From the NCBI GenBank assembly GCA_031316235.1, contig JALDRA010000001.1:2190001-2222000 (forward strand): a DNA stretch of 32,000 bases. The letters run 5' to 3'. The first letter of the stretch is position 1, and every line of letters starts with the position of its first letter. Shown here in pieces: positions 7,794-15,233 of the stretch. Source of the stretch: Candidatus Scalindua sp. (GTDB lineage: Bacteria; Planctomycetota; Brocadiia; Brocadiales; Scalinduaceae). The position numbers were made by a program, and so were the translations under genes. The notes under the pieces were generated by a model. The model saw only the letters and a list, made by a program, of their open reading frames with translations. It did no database searches and was not told where the DNA came from.

Positions 7794-9230
7794 TTAGATA
7801 CTCTCATCGCTCAAGCCTGCAATCTCCTGCACTCTTCTTAGTGCATCCTCCTTTGTTGTTATCGTATTTTCTAATTGCTCGTCCTTTACCGTATCTAATA
7901 TCTCTGAAAAGATCCGTCCTGGCGTAAGCCCCAGTGCTATCAAATCGTGGCCCGTTATGAGTGGCTCTGGTTTCACTTCCTCTTCACCCAATTTCTCATA
8001 CATCTCCTGGCAGAAATTGTAGTCGTCCAGGTTCCCCGTGCTCGCCAGAGAATCAATCCGGTACAGCTCTGCAAGTTCGGGATATCCGTCATGAGCGAAG
8101 AGTCTCTTGAGTTTGCTCTCCCTCATCATCTGTGCGTTTTTCAGATATAAGTGTCTCTTTACCAGCCATACGATGCGCTCCCTTTCGACCTTTGACATCT
8201 TGAAACGTTCGCATATCTTTGCAGCCATGCGGGCGCCGACATTATCATGGTTCGTAAATCGTATGCGATCAGTTATTTCAAAGGTCACAGGTTTACCAAT
8301 ATCGTGGAGGAGCACCGCCATGGCAAGATCACGTGACCACACTGCCGCTCCTTTTGTTTTTATACTGTTATGAGGAAAATCAGTTGTCACATCCTGCCTT
8401 GGGTCAGATTTTTCTATCACAGGTGATCCTTGAGACCTGCGGGTAGCATCCAGTATGCTTAAGGCAAGCAGGGTATGCGTGAACACGTCGCCTTCCGGAT
8501 GAAAATTCTCGGGCTGCCTCACACCTTTCATGCTTGTTACTTCCGGAAGTATTTCGTTTAAGAGATTCAGTTCATCCAGCATCCTGATCCCCGTGTGCGG
8601 ATTAGGGCCTGCCAGGATCTTCTCCATCTCATCTTTAATTCGTTCCGTGCTGACCGTCAGAATCTTGTGAGAAAGATTCTTTATGGCCCCTGCTGTCTGA
8701 TCCTCAATTGTATAATCAAACTTGCAGGCAAAACGAACAGCCCGGATCATGCGCAACCTGTCTTCATTAAAACGTTCATATGGATCGCCAATAGCACGGA
8801 CAAGATTGTCGTGTAAATCCTTTTCCCCGCCAATATAATCGAAGTGTTTTTTTTCAAGAGGATCATAGAGCATTCCATTGATAGTAAAATCCCGCCTTAA
8901 AGCATCTCCCTTTGCGTCGCAGAAGGTTACTGAATCCGGATGTCTGCCATCAGAGTAGACACCATCAGACCGGAATGTGGCAACTTCAAATTCGAAATTG
9001 TTTTCTCTTACCAGAATAACGCCGAATTGAGCACCCACCGGAATAGTCCGTTTAAATATTTTCTCAATATCCTCCGGACGTGCTTCTGTTGCGATATCGT
9101 AATCTTTCGGGATACTGCCCAATAGCATATCACGAACGCAGCCGCCGGCAAACAAGGTCTTAAAACCTCTTTCATTGAGACGTTTCACTATATCTATTGC
9201 CGTTTTCTTCCGCAGATCATTTTCCATCAT
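7794..9230 (-). CDS. cca: CCA-adding enzyme / poly(A) polymerase-family tRNA nucleotidyltransferase with HD domain
   Basis: Contains FAGGCVRDMLLG, DYDIAT and RRDFTINGM (class II nucleotidyltransferase head), plus a C-terminal HD domain (H252 ... LLHDIGKP). The spacing between H and HD is unusually long. Confidence 0.85.
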   Translation of the reverse strand: MMENDLRKKTAIDIVKRLNERGFKTLFAGGCVRDMLLGSIPKDYDIATEARPEDIEKIFKRTIPVGAQFGVILVRENNFEFEVATFRSDGVYSDGRHPDSVTFCDAKGDALRRDFTINGMLYDPLEKKHFDYIGGEKDLHDNLVRAIGDPYERFNEDRLRMIRAVRFACKFDYTIEDQTAGAIKNLSHKILTVSTERIKDEMEKILAGPNPHTGIRMLDELNLLNEILPEVTSMKGVRQPENFHPEGDVFTHTLLALSILDATRRSQGSPVIEKSDPRQDVTTDFPHNSIKTKGAAVWSRDLAMAVLLHDIGKPVTFEITDRIRFTNHDNVGARMAAKICERFKMSKVERERIVWLVKRHLYLKNAQMMRESKLKRLFAHDGYPELAELYRIDSLASTGNLDDYNFCQEMYEKLGEEEVKPEPLITGHDLIALGLTPGRIFSEILDTVKDEQLENTITTKEDALRRVQEIAGLSDESI

Positions 9231-9247
9231 TATTTTTCAATTAATTT

Positions 9248-10729
9248 CTAAGGGCTACAAATATCCAACCGGCCAACGAGTTCTTTAAATCTGTTCCCTC
9301 TCTCTTCGTAATTGGTGAACATACCGTAACTGGCACATGCCGGAGAGAGTAATACTACATCTCCCTGCCGGGCGATTTGTGATGCTTTTCGGACCGAATC
9401 ATCAAGGGATGCCTCAATATATACCTCCGGTTTCCCCTTGACACCATTCATACCTAGAATCTGTTTTCTTATGCTTTCCGCAGTATTCCCCATCAAGATG
9501 GCGCATTTGGTGCCTTTCGCACACTCTTGTGCAAACTGATTCAGACTTACCCCCTTATCGTAGCCGCCTGCTATTACTATTATCCCTCCTTCAGGGGGGG
9601 GAGAGCTGGTGGTGTTTTCCTCCCGTCGTTGTTTACATTCTCGTGCGTTGCTGAATGCCCTTATACCGGCAATTGCAGCCTCCGGCGTTGTTGCCTTGGA
9701 GTCATTATAGTATGAAACACCATGGATACTCCTTACGAACTCCAACCTGTGTTTCAGACCTGAGAAACTTTTTATGACCTTCTCGACGGACCTGTTCTGC
9801 GCACCTGATACCTTTGCTGAACAAACCGCTGCCAGTATGTTCTGCACGTTATGAAGGCCTTTTAATGTCGTCTCCGATAAACCGGAAATTACACTCTCAT
9901 TGGAATCAAGATTGAAAATAATTTTATTTCTGCTCAGGAATGCACCCTGTTCCAATACCTTCTTTACGCTAAACCAGAGAACGTGTCCCCTGCACTCTAC
10001 TGCCCACTTTTTGACTATTGGATCATCATAATTCAGGATAGCATAACTTTCCTTATCCTGAAAACAAACAATTGATTTCTTGGCATCAATATATTCTTCA
10101 AATGTCTTGTGCCTGTCTAAATGATTTGGAACGATGTTGGTTATGACGCTTATGCGGGGACTCAGCATTGTATTCCGGAGATCTTCCAGATGAAAGCTTG
10201 ACAACTCAAGAACTACGGCATCACCAGGTTTTATCTCATCAACATGTTCCAGCAGTGAAACTCCTATGTTCCCTCCAACCCACGTCTTAATCCCCGATCT
10301 TTTCAGCATCTCTCCCGCGAGTGAGGTCGTAGTTGATTTCCCGTTACTCCCCGTAATTCCTGTAATTGGTGCAGGACAATGCCTGAAAAAGATATTCATC
10401 TCGGTATCAATGGGAATAGCGTTATTGCGTGCTATTTGCAGGAATCTTGACTCCTTAGGGACAGCAGGATTGCCGATTACCAGGTCTACGTTGGAGAAAT
10501 CCTCATCAAGGTGCTTCCCGAGCTTAAACCGAACAGGCAGACCTTCAAGTAATTTGAGAGAGTGTGATAGCTCATTGGCTCCCTTCAAATCGGTTACCGT
10601 TACATCCGCCCCCCGGGATACCAGAAACCGGGTAACTCCCACACCGCCACCAAACAGTCCCAGTCCCATTACGGTTACCCGTTTGTTTTTTAAACACTCA
10701 TTTTTCATCGGTCTTCTATCCATGAACAA
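9248..10729 (-). CDS. murD: UDP-N-acetylmuramoylalanine--D-glutamate ligase
   Basis: Contains an N-terminal Rossmann segment VTVMGLGLFGGGVGVTRFLVSRGADVTVTD, the Mur ligase P-loop GITGSNGKSTTTS, and NDSKATTPEAA and LLSPACASYGMF at the C-terminus. No other dcw-cluster genes are adjacent. Confidence 0.9.
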   Translation of the reverse strand: MFMDRRPMKNECLKNKRVTVMGLGLFGGGVGVTRFLVSRGADVTVTDLKGANELSHSLKLLEGLPVRFKLGKHLDEDFSNVDLVIGNPAVPKESRFLQIARNNAIPIDTEMNIFFRHCPAPITGITGSNGKSTTTSLAGEMLKRSGIKTWVGGNIGVSLLEHVDEIKPGDAVVLELSSFHLEDLRNTMLSPRISVITNIVPNHLDRHKTFEEYIDAKKSIVCFQDKESYAILNYDDPIVKKWAVECRGHVLWFSVKKVLEQGAFLSRNKIIFNLDSNESVISGLSETTLKGLHNVQNILAAVCSAKVSGAQNRSVEKVIKSFSGLKHRLEFVRSIHGVSYYNDSKATTPEAAIAGIRAFSNARECKQRREENTTSSPPPEGGIIVIAGGYDKGVSLNQFAQECAKGTKCAILMGNTAESIRKQILGMNGVKGKPEVYIEASLDDSVRKASQIARQGDVVLLSPACASYGMFTNYEERGNRFKELVGRLDICSP

Positions 10730-11010
10730 CTTCCTCTTTCAGCTGCCCGCCCAAAAGTCGTAGTCAATCTGTCAGGGGCGGGAAAAAACTACTGGCCAGC
10801 ATGATAAATCTCCTGACTGCAACCACATGTTAATACGGTTGCTCAATGTATAAGGCCTGTGAAAATTATTAAAATTCCTCCCTGTTGCATTAACCTCATC
10901 CGGGCGGGTGGGATGAGGAATATTACGGGTAAATATTAAAGCAGATTGGCATACACTTGCAAACCATTAAATTTTATAAATTAAATGCTCAATAAACAGT
11001 CCGTCAACTA

Positions 11011-11039
11011 TTGACATTTCCTGTGGATTCGATTACCAT
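11011..11039 (+). promoter_or_regulatory. candidate sigma70-type promoter for the DUF2868/GTPase pair
   Basis: TTGACA (11011-11016), a 17-nt spacer, then TACCAT (11034-11039). It lies about 120 nt upstream of the TTG start at 11158, which is preceded by GGAGA (11146-11150). The -10 box is weak. Confidence 0.3.
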
Positions 11040-11157
11040 TTTTGTTTGGCAGTAAAACTGGTGTAACAAAAAGAAGACATCTGACTGTCATTTTGGATAT
11101 TACACGGTAAGTTCCCCTGTACAAGGACCTCTTGGTTTTTTTTGTGGAGACACTCAC

Positions 11158-12711
11158 TTGAATGAGTCTGACGCTCGTAAGGTCCTATTTGTAAGGGCCA
11201 TAGAAAAGGGAGATCCTGCCGGATTGGTTTTGCCCAAGGCAGATAGATTAGTAGCAACTCGAAAAGCACGCCGCCCTGAAATAGTTGTTTGTGAAGAAAA
11301 AACAGAATCCCGCCCCCTCAACCAGGAAGAGGAATCATTCCTTGTCAGACGTGCTGAGTCACTCATACAAACCTTGAATCAGTGCTGTCCCGGTGCTCGA
11401 ATAGATCCCGGAGAATTGCAATGGAAAGGCTGGCTCACGGTTTTGTGCTTTATTCTGGCCTTTTTTTTGGGTTTCATTGCCAATGAGTTTGAATCCGGTA
11501 AACGATTAAATCTGTTGGCTTTTCCCGTCATGGGCATGCTCATATGGAACCTTGCTGTATACGGGTATATCGGATTTTCGCACATCCAGAGTGCTTTTAA
11601 GAAGGATTCCTGTGCGACATTCAACGGACCTATTATTCATGTTTTGTCAAGTGTGGCAACCCGGCATCTGAATAAAAACAGAGCTTCTGCTGATCGGTCA
11701 TCGATTCTCAGCAGGTGTTTCCAGAATTTTATCATTGAGTGGTCCCGACTCGCTTCCTCGATCTATAAAAGCCATGCTGCAAGGGTAATGCACGTGTGTG
11801 CCTTACTTTTTGCTGTTGGGATTATTGGAGGTATGTATATAAGGGGCGTAACGACGGAATATTATGCTGGTTGGGAGAGTACCTTTTTGGAGCCTGAAAC
11901 CGTACAAAAGCTCATGAATGTTGTTTTTATGCCAGCCGCTCTCCTTACCGGTCAGCAACTTCCAACAGTCGAACGAATAAAGGCTATCCAGTGGAGAGAC
12001 CGACGAGTCGGGGAAAACGCTGCAGAGTGGATACATCTCTTTTCAAAGACACTGTTTCTTTTCATTGTCATCCCGAGGGGATTTCTTTTTTTTATGGCAT
12101 TGAAACGGGAAAGGAAATTTCGAGCGCATTTTCCTATTCCGTCCGCGGCTGATTCCTATTTTAGAGAGCTGTTAACAGCCAGACCGGGACAGAGGGAACA
12201 CGTTCTCGTAATACCATACACAATTGAGCTTGCAGAGAAACAAATGGAGGTATTGTGCTCACTGTTTGATCAAAGCTTCGGTTGGAAGACGCAAGTCGAA
12301 TTCCACGATACCATACCCTATGGAGGTGAGAATAAATTGTTCAAAGAGCTTGTAGCTCGTACGATGACTTCTGCTGAATATTTGATAATTCTTTTCAATC
12401 TGTCATCTACTCCTGAATATGAGATTCATGGTGCTTTCATACATAATCTTAAGGAAGCCATTGCTATCGGCAATTCAACGAAAAAAATTCTCGTTACGAT
12501 TGATGAATCTCATTTTGTGTCCCGGTTCTCTCGTCTGTTGAATGGAGAAGAGAGGCTCGCATCACGCAAGAAATTATGGGAAAAAACAATTGCAGGAGAT
12601 ATCCTCAGACCCATCTTTGTCAATCTGCACAATCCTGATGTGGAAGAGTGGCAATTAAATATCGGTAAAGTTCTCACGTCTTTAAATGATCATGTCTGGA
12701 AATATGAATAA
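11158..12711 (+). CDS. DUF2868-like polytopic membrane protein with C-terminal alpha/beta domain
   Basis: 517 aa with a TTG start 7 nt after GGAGA. It has a soluble N-terminus of about 90 aa. Hydrophobic segments are WLTVLCFILAFFLGFIANEF, LLAFPVMGMLIWNLAVYGYIGF, VMHVCALLFAVGIIGGMYI and LFSKTLFLFIVIPRGFLFFMAL. A soluble tail of about 190 aa with an alternating beta/alpha pattern follows. Family assignment is from memory of the family and its usual pairing with DUF3482 GTPases, and needs HMM confirmation. Confidence 0.6.
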   Translation: MNESDARKVLFVRAIEKGDPAGLVLPKADRLVATRKARRPEIVVCEEKTESRPLNQEEESFLVRRAESLIQTLNQCCPGARIDPGELQWKGWLTVLCFILAFFLGFIANEFESGKRLNLLAFPVMGMLIWNLAVYGYIGFSHIQSAFKKDSCATFNGPIIHVLSSVATRHLNKNRASADRSSILSRCFQNFIIEWSRLASSIYKSHAARVMHVCALLFAVGIIGGMYIRGVTTEYYAGWESTFLEPETVQKLMNVVFMPAALLTGQQLPTVERIKAIQWRDRRVGENAAEWIHLFSKTLFLFIVIPRGFLFFMALKRERKFRAHFPIPSAADSYFRELLTARPGQREHVLVIPYTIELAEKQMEVLCSLFDQSFGWKTQVEFHDTIPYGGENKLFKELVARTMTSAEYLIILFNLSSTPEYEIHGAFIHNLKEAIAIGNSTKKILVTIDESHFVSRFSRLLNGEERLASRKKLWEKTIAGDILRPIFVNLHNPDVEEWQLNIGKVLTSLNDHVWKYE

Positions 12712-14182
12712 ATTGAATGAATCCATTACGTTGAGCCTTATCTCACATACCAATGTTGGAAAAACAACTCTCGCACGCACATTGCTGAGAAAGGAAATTG
12801 GGGTAGTACGGGACGGTGCTCATGTGACGGATTTGAATGAATTATACATTATGCTGGAGACTTCCGGAGGTCATGTTCTACGCCTTTGGGATACCCCGGG
12901 ATTTGGTGATTCGGCGAAGCTGCTTAATCATTTAAAGAGTATACCCAGGCCAACAGGGTGGTTTCAAGATGAAGTATGGGATCGTTTTCATGATCGCTCA
13001 CAGTGGTGCAATCAACAAGCTATCCGTAATGTACGGGAGGAAGCGGATGTCATACTCTACCTTGTCAATGCTGCCGAAGATCCTGCACAGGCGGGGTATG
13101 TAGATTGTGAAATGCAGATACTCGATTGGCTGAGTAAACCGGTTATTGTCCTCTTGAACCAGATGGGTCCGCCACGAGAAGCCGAGATTGAAGCTGGAGA
13201 AGAAAAGTCCTGGAAAGTGCACCTTCAGCGGTTTGAAGTTGTGAAGTATGTAATGGGTCTGGATGCCTTTGCACGGTGCTGGGTCCAGGAAGATCTGCTC
13301 ATGAGAACAATCGAAGGGGTGCTTCCATTTGCAAAGCGGAAACCATTTGCTGCTATCAGTAAAGAGTGGAGAAATAACAATCATTCGATTTTTGAGAGAG
13401 CAATGGATTCTCTTGCGAGGCAGATCTCCGCTGCATGTTGCGACCGGGAGACAGTTTCCAAAACATCGATGTTTCGGCTGGTTCAATTTAAATTGCCGGT
13501 TCCGGGAACATTTTCAGAAAATAGAAAAGAGAAAGAAGTCGCCATGAAAAGGTTGGCTGAAAGGCTGCAGAACAACGGTAGACAGTCACTCGCAGAATTG
13601 ATCCACCTGCATCAGCTCGAAGGGCGTGCCGTGACAGAGATCATCAAACGGATGTCCAGTGATTTTTCATCGAACAAACCCATAAACGAGGGTATCTCGG
13701 CGATAATTGGAGGTTTTGTAACCGGGGCAATAGGCGGAGTGAGTGCCGATTTTCTATCAGGAGGTTTGACGTTCGGCGGTGGCGCTGTTGTAGGTGGAGT
13801 GTTGGGGGCAGTCGGCGCTGGGGGACTGGTCAAAGGGTTTAATTTTATTCGTGGAGATACCAGTGCATTTATCCGCTGGTCATTACCATTGTTTCAGGAG
13901 TTGTTTCGAATTTCCCTGCTACGCTACCTTGCAGTTGCTCATTTTGGAAGAGGAAGAGGAGAGTATACAGAAAGTGAATATCCCGAATTCTGGAAAACTG
14001 CAGTCCGTCAAATTGTTGCAGAGTATCACAATGAAATCAAGGCCCTTTGGGATGCAGGTAAACGGGAGCTGAATTCTTCAAAACTAGATTTACGTACAAA
14101 AGAGATCGTCTCGAAAATTATAAGGGAGTTATTGGAAGGGTTTTATGCTGAAGCACATACTTCTGGATCAGTATTCCAGTAG
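12686..14182 (+). CDS. P-loop GTPase (MMR_HSR1-like) fused to a DUF3482-like region with glycine-rich membrane segment
   Basis: G1 is SHTNVGKTT and G3 is WDTPGFGDS. The G4 position reads LLNQMG. A helical middle part is followed by GISAIIGGFVTGAIGGVSADFLSGGLTFGGGAVVGGVLGAVGAGGLVKGF (13691-13840) and then LAVAHFGRGRGEY. Candidate starts ATG 12686, 12692 and 12704 all overlap the end of the upstream gene; 12704 gives ATGAATAA coupling. Confidence 0.75.
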   Translation: MIMSGNMNKLNESITLSLISHTNVGKTTLARTLLRKEIGVVRDGAHVTDLNELYIMLETSGGHVLRLWDTPGFGDSAKLLNHLKSIPRPTGWFQDEVWDRFHDRSQWCNQQAIRNVREEADVILYLVNAAEDPAQAGYVDCEMQILDWLSKPVIVLLNQMGPPREAEIEAGEEKSWKVHLQRFEVVKYVMGLDAFARCWVQEDLLMRTIEGVLPFAKRKPFAAISKEWRNNNHSIFERAMDSLARQISAACCDRETVSKTSMFRLVQFKLPVPGTFSENRKEKEVAMKRLAERLQNNGRQSLAELIHLHQLEGRAVTEIIKRMSSDFSSNKPINEGISAIIGGFVTGAIGGVSADFLSGGLTFGGGAVVGGVLGAVGAGGLVKGFNFIRGDTSAFIRWSLPLFQELFRISLLRYLAVAHFGRGRGEYTESEYPEFWKTAVRQIVAEYHNEIKALWDAGKRELNSSKLDLRTKEIVSKIIRELLEGFYAEAHTSGSVFQ

Positions 14183-14225
14183 TTTTGCTGATCAGTGCCT
14201 GCACGGAAACCCTGTAGTTTTGGAA

Positions 14226-14546
14226 TCAGTAGTGAATAGCCAGCCATACGGTTTCGGCATCAGGTTCCGTCCACTCTACCCTGTGTTTTTGATGAGCGGG
14301 GATATTTACGTAGTCTCCTGGGCTCATAATGACAGCTGTGTCGTTACCTTCGAACAATAAACCCGCACTGCCTTTGAGCACGATCACCCATTCATCCTGA
14401 TCCTGATCATACCATTCATCCTGGTCAGTGGAATGGCCGTGAGAAATAATTCGCTCAATTCTGAAGTGTTCGGTCTTCATGATCTCTTCCAGCACCTCGT
14501 CCGGGATCTGTTTTGGTATGTCTGCAAAGATGTTTTTGTGGTTCAT
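14226..14546 (-). CDS. cupin domain protein
   Basis: 106 aa. GHSTDQDEWYDQDQDEWVIVLKGSA ... GDYVNIPAHQKHRVEW matches the two-motif cupin beta-barrel pattern. Confidence 0.7.
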   Translation of the reverse strand: MNHKNIFADIPKQIPDEVLEEIMKTEHFRIERIISHGHSTDQDEWYDQDQDEWVIVLKGSAGLLFEGNDTAVIMSPGDYVNIPAHQKHRVEWTEPDAETVWLAIHY

Positions 14547-14597
14547 AAAGAGTCCCGGTTTTCTAAGGGCTCCGGAAAAAATACCGAGTTGTTTTTT

Positions 14598-15089
14598 TCA
14601 GTACACAGAATTAGGTTTTCCCTCCTCAGGGTACTGGGCTAATTCCAGTAATATCCCGTCAGGCCCATAAAAATATACTAACCGTTTACCGGTTTTGGGG
14701 TACGTCTGAATAGGACTTAAAAATGTGACACCTTTTTCTTTCAAGTCTTGAACTGTTTTTTCCAGGTTCTCTACTTGAAAGGCGATATGGCGAAATCCAA
14801 GTTGGTTTGACTTATTTATCTTTTGATCCTTTTCGGAAGCTGGAGTGTAATACTGAATCAATTCAAGATTTGTTCCGGCGCCTCCCAAAGAGAGTGTTAC
14901 ATACCTGGCTTTCACATCTTTAAGGCCCACTATTGCAGATATCCACTCTCCCTCAAGGTTGCCCTCATTACCTACCGAGAATCCCAGTTGTGTAAAAAAC
15001 GTCTTGGCTTCATCAAGATCGCTGACAACGGCATTTACATGGTCTATTGTATTTAGCATTTTCTCTTGGCCATAAAGATACGTACTCAT
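14598..15089 (-). CDS. VOC family protein (glyoxalase/bleomycin resistance/dioxygenase fold)
   Basis: IDHVNAVVSDLDEAKTFFTQLGF and GFRHIAFQVENLEKTVQDLKEKGV are typical VOC beta-alpha-beta-beta-beta modules. An alternative start is Met11 (15059). Confidence 0.75.
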   Translation of the reverse strand: MSTYLYGQEKMLNTIDHVNAVVSDLDEAKTFFTQLGFSVGNEGNLEGEWISAIVGLKDVKARYVTLSLGGAGTNLELIQYYTPASEKDQKINKSNQLGFRHIAFQVENLEKTVQDLKEKGVTFLSPIQTYPKTGKRLVYFYGPDGILLELAQYPEEGKPNSVY

Positions 15090-15233
15090 TTAGCCTGCAT
15101 GTCTTCATAAGATAACTCATCCGAATCCCATAAGAACAGAGCAAGCTTGTAAGAAGAAGCCTGGAAGTCGTGTTGTGCCCGTAAAATCTTTTTTGATAAT
15201 TTTATGTAGTTATCTTTCAAGGACAACCCTTGA

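Noticed and set aside
13612-13833. 73-aa Pro/Thr/Ala-rich ORF on the minus strand (MTSPPAPTAPNTPPTTAPPPNVKPP...)
   Set aside because: It is the antisense reading of the Gly-rich (GGN) membrane segment of the GTPase gene. NCC codons give Pro by necessity, so there is no independent support.
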